A DNA stretch of 63,967 nt, the filler included. It is 11 parts of 11 records of this genome, joined end to end, with 100 filler letters (N's around TTAATTAATTAA, not from the genome) between each part and the next. Parts side by side here need not be neighbours in the genome. Positions count along the whole stretch, not along the records: positions 18,633 to 25,099 come from SRR7504441_2860; positions 25,200 to 29,998 come from SRR7504441_2863; positions 30,099 to 34,220 come from SRR7504441_2871; positions 34,321 to 43,285 come from SRR7504441_2874; 7 more parts are not named here. One strand, written 5' to 3'. Numbering within the stretch: the first letter of the stretch is position 1; each line of letters begins with the position of its first letter. The position numbers and the translations under genes were made by a program. Under the pieces are notes generated by a model. It had not been told where the DNA came from. It did no database searches and was given only the letters and a program-made list of their open reading frames with translations. This document shows positions 25,072-36,475 of this stretch, one piece after another.

Positions 25072-25199
25072 TAATTAGTTAGATTTCAAAGCATAAAAAN
25101 NNNNNNNNNNNNNNNNNNNNNNNNNNNNNNNNNNNNNNNNNNNTTAATTAATTAANNNNNNNNNNNNNNNNNNNNNNNNNNNNNNNNNNNNNNNNNNNN

Positions 25200-26885
25200 A
25201 GCAACCTGGGCGACCGGCTGAGCGACGGGCTGGAAGACCAGCTGGAGGACCTGGCCGGGGGGCTGGCCAACGTCGACTGCGTGGGGGACATAATGCAGGC
25301 CGGGGCCAACTGCAACCGTCTGGCTCGGGAGACCGTGGGGCTGTGCCGGGATACAGTGGCCATGGGCCAGCAGATGGCAGACTTCGCCGGCCAGATCAAG
25401 TCCACCCTAGACCTGACCGCCGGGCCGACCGGCCGGTGCGACGCTTCGGTGCTCAAGACTGTGATGGAACTCGTCAGCGGCCAAAAGGTGCAGACCGCGG
25501 TGCGGCTCGGCGGGGAGATGGGCGAGCTGGGCAAGCAGTGCGTGGGCAAGGCGGTGGAGATGATTGGGCAGATGCAGTCGGGGCTGGACCAGCTGCCGGC
25601 AGTGGTTGTGGATGCGATCGACCAGCAGGGGCGGGACGGCACGCAGCCTCACGACCCTAGCCTCGGGGACATCGATCAGGACGTCGCCACGCTCAGCCGG
25701 TGCATCGAGGCCATACGCCAGCTCAACCTGTTAACGGCGATTGATGCCGGCATTGACGGGTTCAACTCGCTGAGCGCCAAAGCGGAGGTCTGCAGGCAGC
25801 TCTTTGAAGCAGTGATGGGTTTCGCGGACGCTGTGATGACTATAACGGACGCGTTCATGAACTTTGACGTGGCGGCGGTGGTGAGTAAGGCCAAGGACAT
25901 GTGCCGGTGCATCCATCTGAGCGAGCTGATCAAGCAGTTTGCCGAGGCCGCGGGAAAGCTGATCGTAGTGATTGTAGATCTGTTCAACGAGGCCTCACAG
26001 AAAATCGGGGCGCTGTTCAAGGCCCTAGACTTTGCGAGGGAGTGCTTGGAGGCCTGTGCGGCCGAGGCCAGCCAGGCGTGGGAGCAGTGCAACGACTGCG
26101 TCGAGCAAGGCGCCCAGCTGATTGCAAAGAGTCAGTGGGTCGTCGAGACACTGGACGAAGCTTCGGGCCTGAGCCCCGCGGCGCTCCAGAAACTGGCAGG
26201 GCTGTGCAAAGGCCGCGAGATCCGGGAGGCGATCGAGCTGGGCCGGAGCATGGACTTGCTGGTGGTCGGGTGCACCGAGGCTAGTGGGCGGATGGTAGAC
26301 AAGGTATCCGATGGGTATAACAATCTGCCTAGCATCATCACAGACGGGATCGCCGATAAGAGACAAGCCGGCAAGCAGAGCGAGGACCCGGCCCCGGCAG
26401 AGGTGGCGGCTGACATCGCTGAACTAGAACGGTGCACTCAAGCAATCGAGAGCTCCGATGCAATGGGAGCCATCAAGACAGGCTCCGCAGGCTTCTCGGG
26501 GGTGATCTCCAAGTCAGACCTGTGTCAGCAGATGCTAAGATCGAATATGCAGTTTGCGCGAGGGTGCAACCAGACCATCGACGCATTTATGGGCACCTGG
26601 AACCTGCGGAAGGCAACGGAAAAGGTGATAGAGATGTGCAGGATTGTGAATCTCGGCGAGATGATGAAACAGTTCGCCCAAGAGACCAAGCGGCTCGTGC
26701 TCGTTATGATCACTTTGATGGAAACCGCACTGACTAAATTCAAGACCATCAACCCGCAGCTGCTGCTCGATGCTGACATCTCGAGGATCGCCAAGGATAA
26801 GGAACTGCAACGGCAAGCTGCTCAAGCTGCCTCACGAGCTGCAGAGGATTTGGCCGGCTCGTTCGGCATCAAGAAGTTTTGGTGA
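25200..26885 (+). CDS. All-helical protein built from two tandem ~240-aa repeats, unknown function (5'-partial)
   Basis: The frame is open from the contig edge. Internal duplication is visible: GLDQLPAVVVDAI vs GYNNLPSIITDGI, and KDMCRCIHLSELIKQFAE vs IEMCRIVNLGEMMKQFAQ. Confidence 0.7.
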   Translation, partial: SNLGDRLSDGLEDQLEDLAGGLANVDCVGDIMQAGANCNRLARETVGLCRDTVAMGQQMADFAGQIKSTLDLTAGPTGRCDASVLKTVMELVSGQKVQTAVRLGGEMGELGKQCVGKAVEMIGQMQSGLDQLPAVVVDAIDQQGRDGTQPHDPSLGDIDQDVATLSRCIEAIRQLNLLTAIDAGIDGFNSLSAKAEVCRQLFEAVMGFADAVMTITDAFMNFDVAAVVSKAKDMCRCIHLSELIKQFAEAAGKLIVVIVDLFNEASQKIGALFKALDFARECLEACAAEASQAWEQCNDCVEQGAQLIAKSQWVVETLDEASGLSPAALQKLAGLCKGREIREAIELGRSMDLLVVGCTEASGRMVDKVSDGYNNLPSIITDGIADKRQAGKQSEDPAPAEVAADIAELERCTQAIESSDAMGAIKTGSAGFSGVISKSDLCQQMLRSNMQFARGCNQTIDAFMGTWNLRKATEKVIEMCRIVNLGEMMKQFAQETKRLVLVMITLMETALTKFKTINPQLLLDADISRIAKDKELQRQAAQAASRAAEDLAGSFGIKKFW

Positions 26886-27081
26886 GCGTTGCGCATTATT
26901 CTCCATCAGAATTACATGATTACATTGTGTACAAAATTGAACGCCTCGTTTCGATTTGATTTAATTTTTAATAATTAATATACATGGCGTCGGTAATCAA
27001 TACTCTGACATTGCCTATGATAATGCCTATGACAAAGGACATGGATACATGTATGGGATTGGTGAACGTTTGGCCGACGCT

Positions 27082-29673
27082 TCACCAGCCTCGATTCTGT
27101 GGTTGACTCATCACGCTGTCGTATTGTGACATGATGTGAGCACCAGTCCTGTCCGCCTGCCTGTCCGAGTATGCCCCGGTCGAGCCGCCATAAGAGCTGC
27201 GTGCGGGCGTGTTGCCATATTGTGAATACTGGCCATCGTCCTGCTGGTAGCTGCTTCCAGGCCGCTGACGCGATGGCGAGTTGCTCCGGGATGAGGCCCC
27301 GCCATATTGAGACTGCTGGCTGGGGCCCCAAGATTGGTCCTGATACTGTCCCTGGCCCTTGCCACCCTGGCTCTTGCCGCCTTTGCCCTTGCTGCCTTTG
27401 CCCTTGCTGCCTTTGGAACCAAAGCTGCCCTGCTGAGAGTACTGGCCCTGTTGATCCTGATAGCGCTGGCCTCCTTTGCCCTTGCCGCCGTGGCGAGGCT
27501 GGCCTTTTGACGAGCCTTCGTACTGAGCATACTCGGATGCCTGGTCCCAGGTGGCATCCTGCTGGTAACGGTCCATCCCAGGACGCTGACGGGACGGAGA
27601 GCTTCCCCGCGACGGAGTCCCGCCGTACTGAGACCTTGGTGTCATCTCCTGGTAGTCGTCGACGGCGCAGCCGCCCTTGCCCTTGCCCATGCCCTTGCCC
27701 ATGCCCATGCCCATGCCCTTGGAAGAACCGAATTGGGGCTGAGTTTGTGGCGACCGCAAGTACTGAGAATACTCGGATGGCTGACCTGGGCGCTGGCGCG
27801 AAGGCGAACTGTCTTGCTGGTAACGATCGGTGCTCATGCCACCGGGACGCTGATGGGAGTTGCTCCGTGAAGGAGGTCCGCCGTATTGAGACTGCCCCCA
27901 CGATTGATCCTGGTAGGAGTCGCCGCCCTTGCCCTTGCCGCCGTACTGCGATGGGGTGTCTTGGCTCCATGCGAGTCCTTTTGAGAATTGCGAAGCCTGG
28001 TCCCATGCCTGGTCCTGGAACCTGTCCACTAGGTACGACTGATCCTGGGACGAGCCGCCGTACTGTGACCGCCCGCCCTCGTACTGGGCCGGCTCGTGCC
28101 TGTAGGGCGAGGTCATGCTCCAGTCCGTCTCGTCTTGGTATCTGCCCACGCTCCCGGGTCGTTGGTGCGGCACTGATTGGCTTCGCGACTGTCCGAATTG
28201 AGACTGCTGCGACTGCTGGCCCCATGGCTGCGACTGCCGGTACTGCCCGCCCTTGCCGCCGTGACGTGCGTCCTGGTAGCCCTTGCCAGCGCCCTTGCTC
28301 CGGGTGCCGAGGGGCGAGCCGCTCCGTGCTGGCAAGCTTCCATATTGAGCCGAGCCCTGGCTGTAGTCATAGCCATTGCCCTTGCCCTTGCCCTTGCTGC
28401 CAGTGGCACCCCAGCCGGAGCCATAGCCGAAGCCCTGCTCACCGGCCGAGTAGCGGTCGGTGCCGTAGCCAGAGGTGCTGAACTGATCATACTCGGGCTG
28501 GTACAGGCCCGCCATGCCATGCCCTGGCTGCCCGTACCGACCCTGGCTCATATCCTGGAGCTGAGAGTCCATCCACTTATTCAGCCGCGAGTCGCCCTGC
28601 ACCGGGTCGTCCCAGCCATTGGACAGCGGCCCGGCTCGCCGCCTGGAGTCTCCTAGCCGGTCCCGAGTCTGGGATAACTCTCTCTTCAGTATAGCGTTCT
28701 GCTCCGCAAGTTCCTTGCAAAGCCTGCACCCACACCGCTCAGCCGGACCCAGCCAGGCGCACGCACTGCCAGGGCTCCATCCGCTCCTCGGGCGGCTCCT
28801 CAGGCTCGGCCACATATTTCTGGATTCTCGGCTCGTGCACTGGTGTCTGCTCAGTCTGGTCATCCAGATTTTGGATGTCGAGTGCGGAGATCCTCACTGA
28901 GCCACTCATGTCTTGCGCGCGCAACTCGACCCGGAAGCTCCAGCACTCGGAGGGCACCCTGAACAGCGCCTGAAGCTTGTGCTGATTGACCCCCGCAGGG
29001 CTGGTATCGGTGCGCTCCTGCGCCACGGCTCACACTCGGGGCTCACTGCCAGGCATACCTTCATCCCCACACCACGCACTGACAGCTTCATCCGGCCGGC
29101 CGACTTGTCCAGCCGGACCCGGACCGACACCCGAATCTCCTGCCCCGGCTGGCACCCGAACTCGCGGTAAAGCCCTCCGTCCCCGTGGGGGCCGAGGTCC
29201 ACTGCCATGCTCCGGTCGCAGCCTTCCCAAAACTGGAGTTGGCCGGGGGCTCGCTTGCTGAGCGAGATCCCCGCCCGGTGGATCGCTTCACTCAGCTGCC
29301 GGCGCACGCCCGCGCTGACCTTGCTCGTGGGGGTGGAGAGGAGGTGCTCAGCCGCCCGGGTCCTGCCTAGCGGTGAGCCGATGCAGCCCGGGGAGGGGCA
29401 CTGGGTGTGGATGGCCATCCGCAGGTCAGCGGTCTGGTGGGCCGGGCGCTGGCTGGGCGAGCCGAGCTGGTTGAGCATGTCTTCGAGTTGCTTGTGCAGG
29501 GTCTCTGCTTGCAGCTCGGCCGGTCCAGTCACCACTGTGGAGGGATCGGCCACCATCTCCGCGGTGAGCTGCCAGGCCGCCGACGAGCGCACCCGGTCTT
29601 GGGTGTGCTCCCGCGCGACCGTCCGCCACTGGCCGGTGTCCTCGTCTTGCTCTTGCAATAGCAGCGTCTTCAT
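27082..29673 (-). CDS. Protein with a small beta-rich domain, a coiled coil and a long G/S/Q/Y-rich low-complexity repeat tail
   Basis: Two GT-AG introns (41 nt GMK|ERT; 43 nt PWQ|LCKEL) join three ORFs. The tail repeats SQYGG, RQRPG, YQQD and GKGKG. The start codon is uncertain. Confidence 0.6.
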
Positions 29674-30237
29674 GTGGATGCGGCGCTGCTTCGCAGCGGA
29701 GGCTAACCGTCATGTACCCTGGCTCAGTGCTACGCAGTAGCTATAATAGTTGATGAGGGCGGGCTACCCCGCACGATCTATATAAGTGCACGCTTGGCGT
29801 GAGGGGGTCGATGTACAGGAAGGCCGTGCATGTTTATGCACTAGTGTTCAATCTTTAAATCGAGATCTAGAGCCGGATCGACTACCTGTGCTTGTCCGTT
29901 TGTTAGAAATCCATGTTTCTTTTTGCCCGGGCGAGGTCAATTCTTGATGGATTTGGATGCGGATTGATGCAAATCGCACCTACACAACATGTGCTTTCNN
30001 NNNNNNNNNNNNNNNNNNNNNNNNNNNNNNNNNNNNNNNNNNTTAATTAATTAANNNNNNNNNNNNNNNNNNNNNNNNNNNNNNNNNNNNNNNNNNNNGT
30101 TTGAGTTGGTTTCAATTACCTACTAGTATACTACTACTGAGTATACCGTGACATTACTAGTACATGACATTGTAGTTAACATGTAGTGAACCGGTCGGGC
30201 GCCTGGCAGGGCCCACGAAACGAGTGCTCACTAGACG

Positions 30238-33071
30238 TTAATACGTACCTTGGAACCAGCCTCCCTCTGCTGAAGGCGCAGCCTCTGCCTTTACCTCCTC
30301 TCTTATTGTGCCCGCCAAATCGTCCTCAATCTGCTCTAAAGATCTGCCTTTCATCTCAGGCACATAGCAGTATATATAGACGATCGACAATATGCAGATG
30401 CCGGAGTACATCCAGAAGTTGCCTTGTGTCGTGATTGCCTTCTCAAGAGGCAGGTAGGTCCAGGTCATCACCAGGTTAGCACCAAAATTAATCACAACGG
30501 CTATGGCTATTGCGCTTCCTCTCACGTGGAGTGGGAATATTTCACTTACTACCACCCAAGATACTGGCCCAAAGCCCACCTGCAACACACATTCAGCTGT
30601 CGACGAGACAGGCGCAAGCTGCCTGGTATCCCGTCACGAAGCCCATCAGACAAATCACCACCAGTGCTTGCGAGCTGCCCGAAAAGTTGTACCGATCCTG
30701 CCCCAGAGAGTTGTGCCCGTCCTCGACACTCGGGGGAGAGAGTTGGAATAGTAGCCCCAGCCCAGACAGCGAGATCGCCATCAGTGTGGTGCCGACCACT
30801 AGGAGCACTCGCCGGCCGAGCCTGTCCACGTTAAATCCCGCCCCAAGCGTAACGAGCAGCTTCACAGACGTAATCAGCGCCGCCGCCAGGGCAGCATTCC
30901 CTTCAAATCCAGCGTCCTGCAGAATGCTGGCTGCGTAGTACAGCACCGCAGGCTGCCCGGTCACTTGCTGCAGGAATACCAGTCCAAACCCCGCTGCCGT
31001 GGCCTGCTTGTGCTGCAGCACGGCTCGCAGGCGATCCCATAGTCCATCACTGGGGGTTTGGTACGCGCCCTGCTCCCACAGCCCATCGCCCCCGGGCACA
31101 GGCTGGCCAGCTGCTGCTAGCAGTGCTTGTTCTATTTGGGCCATTTCCCATTCAAGTTGCACCTCGCTGCCCAACCGGTAGCTCCTAAGCGCTGCCAGTG
31201 CGTCGTCACGGGAGCAGCGCTCCGGCTGCAAGAATCCTTGAAGCCGCAGCCATCGAGGGCTAGCAGCCATTAGGCTGAACCCCACAGCAACTGCCAGAGC
31301 CGGCACGCCCGCCAGGCTAAAGCACCATCGCCAGCCGGCCGCTGTGTGGCGGAAGCCGTATGCAACGAGGAATCCGACAACCATCCCCAGGACGATTGCA
31401 GCCTCCTTGAGTGCTACCATCAAGCCGCGCTGAGAAGGTGGCGAGACCTCCGCGATGAACGCTGGTGCCGAGTGCATGGCAAAAGCGATGCCCACTCCAT
31501 ACACCATCCGACCCAGCACCACCAGCGGGTATCCATCCTGGTCCCACGCCACACTTGAGAGTGCAGATCCGAGCAGATAGAGCACCCCACTCAGAACCAA
31601 TTCTTTACGGCGCCCGAGACCGTCCCCGATGATCACACAGATGCACGAGCCCAACAGCGCCCCGATCAGCGACGAGCTCAGCCCGAGCGCCCTGAGCTCC
31701 TCGTTCAGGTCGAACCATGCGGTCACTGTGGTGGCGTCATGCCCGTCTTCCTTCCTTGACAACACTGAAGACGTCACACCTATATCATACCCAAACAGGA
31801 ACCCAGCTGTCGCTGCCAGAGCCACCCCTGTGTACGCCAGAGCGGAGGCCGACGGTTCTTCCAGCTTGCTGCCCTCAGTCTGCGGGTCTGACGAATTGAG
31901 CGGCACGTAGCAGCTTCCTTCCATGCACGCGAGTGGCATGAAGTCGTTCTTAAACCTCCAGAGCAGCCCGCACGAGTTGCACCGGAGGCACTCGGCGGCC
32001 GCCTCCATGTACTTGACCGCCCAGAAGTTGAGCAGGCAGTACCAGAGCACCGCAAGTAAGCAGCCGGCCAGCGCTCCGGCCCCCACCTGAGCCCACGAGT
32101 GATCCTCCAAAAGCTCTCTGCTAAACGGCACAGGCAGCAGCAGCACGTTCACGGCCAGCAGGGTGGCCAGATTCCGCCAGGCCGGCCAGGCCCGCCGGCC
32201 GTCGTCCCAGTTCTGGCCGCAGCTGCTCCGGTTGGGTGTGAGGCCAGAGTTCCACTTGGTAAGCACTTCGACGTGCAAGTACACCCAGACTGCTGCTGCC
32301 AGCTCGGCGTGCGACGAGGGCATGCCACTAGACTCGAGGCACGAGCCGGCCGGCCGGGACTGGTTCACTATCCGCTTGACGCAAGCCTCGTTGAGTAGCA
32401 CAATCAGCATCGCCAGCCCGAGCAGCACCAGGGGCCACATGGACTGACCCCAAAACTGCGGCCCCATCAGCCCGGCCCGGCCCACCACGCACCAGCTGGA
32501 CCGCGCAGAGCAGCCCGAGCGCGTATGGCACGAAGCCATACACCACCGCCACCGCTTGCCAAAACCCGAGCGGCGAGGGCGCCGTCACGTCGCCTGGGCC
32601 GCCGGTCGGCCTTGCCCCCGGGGGCGGTACCTGGCAGCGCGGTGCCGTGGTCGCAGTGGTGGGTGTCCAGGTACCGGACAGCGTACACAATCACCTGAGT
32701 CGTATCAGCCCACTGCCGGCCTCGGCGGGCCACCCCCGCCAGCCCGGCCGCCACCAGCGTTCCCCAGAACAGCACCAGGCACAGGCAGCTGGGCTCCGGC
32801 GCTGCCCGCCGGTCGGCCGCAGCCAGCCCCGAACCGGGTTACCAATCTCTCGGGTCTTGGGCTCCGACACCCTGAGCCGGTCCTCGAGCGCGCTCGGGCT
32901 ATCGGGCTCGGGCGGGGGGCGGGCGGGCGGCTCGAGTCGTGTGGCCTGGTTGGAGGCAAGGCTCTGGCGGGCCACATCCCACTCGTCGTCCGCCTCCCGC
33001 TCCCGCGTCCAATGATCGAACTGAGACCCGCCCGGCCCGTCAGACGACACGGCCGTGTGACCCGACGACAT
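30238..33071 (-). CDS. Fusion of a PAP2 (DOLPP1-like) phosphatase and an MFS sugar porter
   Basis: One stop-free ORF (30593-32539) contains the PAP2 motifs KRIVNQSRP, GMPSSH and SRELLEDHSWAQ, then the sugar-porter motifs GFLFGYDIG, DGLGRRK, IAEVSPPSQRG, LQQVTGQ and DRLGRR. A GC-AG intron at 30580-30622 gives GYQ|VGFGPVSWVVVSEIFP..VPEMKG. Four upstream introns are inferred. Confidence 0.8.
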
Positions 33072-33143
33072 GGCCGGTGCCGGCTGGCCGACGGTAACGG
33101 CATCGAGTTTGCGTCCGCCCGAAGTCGGACGAAGCTTCCAGGA

Positions 33144-34100
33144 ATGCGACCGCCGCTCCTCGTCGTAGCTGTGCTGGTGCACCTGGCGGCGGGGGCCTCC
33201 CAGAACCACACGCTGACAGTTCAGGACCCGATGCTCGGGCCGGTGCCCCGTCGGTACCTGCTCACCCTGCCCGCAAACCACACAAGCATGCCGCTTGTGC
33301 TCGGCTTCCATGGACAAGGCCATAGCCCGGAAGACTGGAACCCCCGGGCCCGGCTGGACGCCCTGGCCGAGCAGCATGGTTGGGCGGTGGCCTATCCGGC
33401 AGGCATCCTGGAGGCCGGCGATACTGGATGGAACTGCGGGCTGGCTCAACAGGATGAGAGCACCTGCCTACCGCACACAGCCGGCACCCAGTGCATGCCG
33501 TCCTGCCGCCGGCTCAAGGCGTGCGGCCGGTGCAACTGGGCCACCTGCTACGATGACTTGGCGTTTGTGCAGCAGCTGCTGGCCGAGCTGGAGCGACGGC
33601 ACCCCATCGACACCAACAGGCTCTTCCTTATCGGCGAGAGCAACGGCGCCATGTTCGTCTACCACCTGATCACCCAGCTCCCTGGCCGGTTCAGGGCAGC
33701 TGCCCCGGTGTTTGGGCTTCCGTTGCTCGGGTACACTGCCGGGCCGCACTTTGAGCTGCTGCGGCGTCCTGCGCTGGCACGGCATACCTCGCTCCTGCAC
33801 CTGCATGACCGGTCCGACCAGACAATCCCCTGGCAGGGCGGCCCTAGCACCGATGGCTGGCTGTACGAGCCGGCTAGCCGGGTGGTGGGCGCATGGGCGG
33901 CTGTGCACAACTGCTCAGAGAGAGAGAGCACTTGGAGACCAGTGGGTGCAGGGCCGACAAACCTGACATGCTGGCGGCACGCTGGTTGCAGGGCCGGCAG
34001 CGCTGTGGGCCGCTGCATGTACGATGGGAATCACGGCGATTGGCCCGACCAGCCTCGGGCCGCCAACCTGATTTGGAGCTTTTTCAGCTCATTAAAGTGA
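33144..34100 (+). CDS. Secreted alpha/beta-hydrolase esterase (PHB depolymerase/LpqC/feruloyl esterase-like)
   Basis: Signal peptide MRPPLLVVAVLVHLAAGAS; motifs PLVLGFHG, VAYPAG, DDLAFV, IDTNRLFLIGESNGAMF (nucleophile elbow), HDRSDQTIP and GNHGDWP. Confidence 0.8.
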   Translation: MRPPLLVVAVLVHLAAGASQNHTLTVQDPMLGPVPRRYLLTLPANHTSMPLVLGFHGQGHSPEDWNPRARLDALAEQHGWAVAYPAGILEAGDTGWNCGLAQQDESTCLPHTAGTQCMPSCRRLKACGRCNWATCYDDLAFVQQLLAELERRHPIDTNRLFLIGESNGAMFVYHLITQLPGRFRAAAPVFGLPLLGYTAGPHFELLRRPALARHTSLLHLHDRSDQTIPWQGGPSTDGWLYEPASRVVGAWAAVHNCSERESTWRPVGAGPTNLTCWRHAGCRAGSAVGRCMYDGNHGDWPDQPRAANLIWSFFSSLK

Positions 34101-34362
34101 TTGAATCGTCGAATACATCGAGCCCCGTGAAAACGGATTGATCATGATTGGCAAGGCACTCGTGTTGTTTTAACAATGTCTGAATTTCGCTTGGGGACAA
34201 TGATATAAAGGTTAAGGAGANNNNNNNNNNNNNNNNNNNNNNNNNNNNNNNNNNNNNNNNNNNNTTAATTAATTAANNNNNNNNNNNNNNNNNNNNNNNN
34301 NNNNNNNNNNNNNNNNNNNNATTGTGAATTCCGTCAATCCAATCGGAGTAGGCCTATGTGAT

Positions 34363-36333
34363 TCAGCGCACTCGGACCAAATGTTGGACCCGCCGCTTAC
34401 TCATCGCTCTCCTCGCCTTCGCCTCGCCAGCGCTCATTCTCGGTCGGCCAGACTTCTCCTCTTGTTGTGGCTCTCCAGCAGCCACTGAGTGCCGTGCTAT
34501 TGATTCGTTCATCGCCGCTTGCCACGGATCTCTGTTATTCTGACGCTTCTTTGGATCCCACTTCTCGCCCGCGGTCTGCTCCGTCATGAGCTTGCCCTCT
34601 CTGTAATCGACTCGAGTGATGAGCACCGCTGTAGCCCCATTGGCCAATTTAATAGTTTCGTGCCCAGATCGGGTGATCCTCTCGGGCACGGCCTTGCGCA
34701 CATCCAACACCGCCTCCAAAGAGCTGTCGCGCGCTGCGGCTAGGTCGGTTATAATTCGGCGAGGGTAATCGCGGCCTATCACTACACCCGCGCCTGCAAG
34801 CACCGACGGCGGCGCCTGCCACGGGCAGTGAATGTACTCAACCGGCAATCGAGCCAGCTGCGGGAGGAACCAGCGAACATAATCGCCTTCAGGGTCGCAG
34901 CTTTTGGCTGCGTTGACCGGGTGCATTACAAAATTCCACTGGTCGAGCCCCGAGTGACCTCCGTTCTGCCACATGTAGGCGTTGATGGCCACGTCGGCGT
35001 CCACCAGCGTATCATGGAACCACCGCTCACCATGCCTCCAGTCAAGCTCAAGGAACTCGACAAGGAATCCGGCAACAACGTGCCTCATATAGTTAGGCAT
35101 CCAGCCCACCTGCCCACCGGTTGAGTACGCAGACTCTCCCGTGCTGAACCTGCCAGAGCTGGCGCATGGCTGCGTCCACCAGAGGGAACCCAGTTCGGCC
35201 CTTCTGCCAGGCCTTCAGCTTGAGTCCACCTGGATCGTCGGCCCATCGCTGGCGCTCGTACCAAGGCCGGAACGACAAGTCAGGCAGCGTGGGGAATCTA
35301 TCTAGCGTCCAGTAAGCCAAGTCTCGCCAGCACAGCCGCCGAAGGAAGGTCGGAGAGAAGTCCTCACCCAGACGCTCCAGCACCTGCCGCTCGGCACTCA
35401 GCGGTCCGGCCTGGCTGCTGTGTACCGCTTGCACTACAGAAATGGCCGAAAGCTGCCCGAACCGCAAGTATGGTGAGATCTCCGCCGTCGAGCTCCAATC
35501 TGCCCTGAAGCGAGTCTGCAGCTGGGTCAGCTCAGGCCGTCACAGCCACACACCGTGCGCGATCCAAACCTGCGTGCGGCGCCCTCCTCAATAAACCGGT
35601 CGAGCGCAGCACGGGCTCCTGCTTCAGTCATGTCCCATGCCTCCCGGATCGGCGCGCCCCAGTCTATGACGGACCCGTCCTTCCTGCGCGGCATACGATC
35701 CAACCCCGCGAGCTGCAACGACCGATCCGCTGGCTCAGTCACTGCAGCCGCAGCCCGGAGCGACGTCGGCCGCGCGACAGGGGCGCGGGGCGTGGGCAGC
35801 TGCTCACAGGCGCGCATGAAGAAGCCGACAGATCCGAATCCCATCTGGAGGCATTCGGGCCTCGTCTCGGGCCGGGCGTCGTCAGGCTCGTAGAGAAGAT
35901 GACCGTTGAAGCTGCGCAGCTCGAGATCTGGGAGATCAATGGACAGTTGCAGGTCCCGCGCGGTCAGCCAGGGCTCGTACACCCGGTTAAAATACAGCGT
36001 GGTGGCGCCGGTCTTTTGGAGGAACCGAGCGAGCGCCTGGATGCTGCCTTGGCTGCCGTCCAGCAGCTGCAGCTCACACCCCAGCTCGCTCCAAAGGTCT
36101 TTAGCTAGCGACGCCAGCGCGTGGTGCAGCCACAGTTTGGCCGCCCCGGTGACCCCCCATCCGTTGGTCTCGTCAGGGCACTCGGTGATGAACAGCGCGT
36201 GCACAGGCCGGCCGCTGGCCGCCGCGTCGGCCAGGGCCGGGTTGTCATCCAGGCGCAGGTCCTGGCGGAACCAGACCACCACTGGTGGCCCCTGCGGCGC
36301 CTCCACGGCCGGCTTCTTGCGTCGGCGGGGCAT
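34363..36333 (-). CDS. Cryptochrome/photolyase family flavoprotein (probably the plant-cryptochrome-like subgroup)
   Basis: Motifs VVWFRQDLRLDDNPAL, ISPYLRFGQLS, WQKGRTGFPLVDAAMRQLWQ|VGWMPNYMRHVVAGFL, TLVDADVAIN and DPEGDYVR. Two GT-AG introns of 38 and 40 nt. Confidence 0.9.
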
Positions 36334-36410
36334 GATCCCAAGTGCCGCGACCCTCCTTTGGCGACGACTTGACTTTTTTTTGCCGTTGCCAGCTCGAGCT
36401 GCAGTGCTGT

Positions 36411-36475
36411 GCCTCCTTGCCGGCTCATGGGCGGGTGCGCCTCCTTGCCGGCTCATGGGTGATTGCGCCTCCTTG
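36411..36475 (+). repeat. 28-nt tandem repeat (2.3 copies) overlapping a start codon
   Basis: GCCTCCTTGCCGGCTCATGGGCGGGTGC / GCCTCCTTGCCGGCTCATGGGTGATTGC / GCCTCCTTG. Confidence 0.9.

Noticed and set aside
27171-28481. 436-aa Cys/Pro-rich (CPCPCP) ORF on the + strand
   Set aside because: It is the antisense shadow of the GKGKG/GMG repeats of the minus-strand gene.
32556-33143. Long N-terminal ORF extensions implying overlapping genes (also 35906-36454 and 38286-38432)
   Set aside because: These are stop-poor GC-rich antisense frames. The plausible starts are at 33144, 36455 and 38433, two of them followed by signal peptides.
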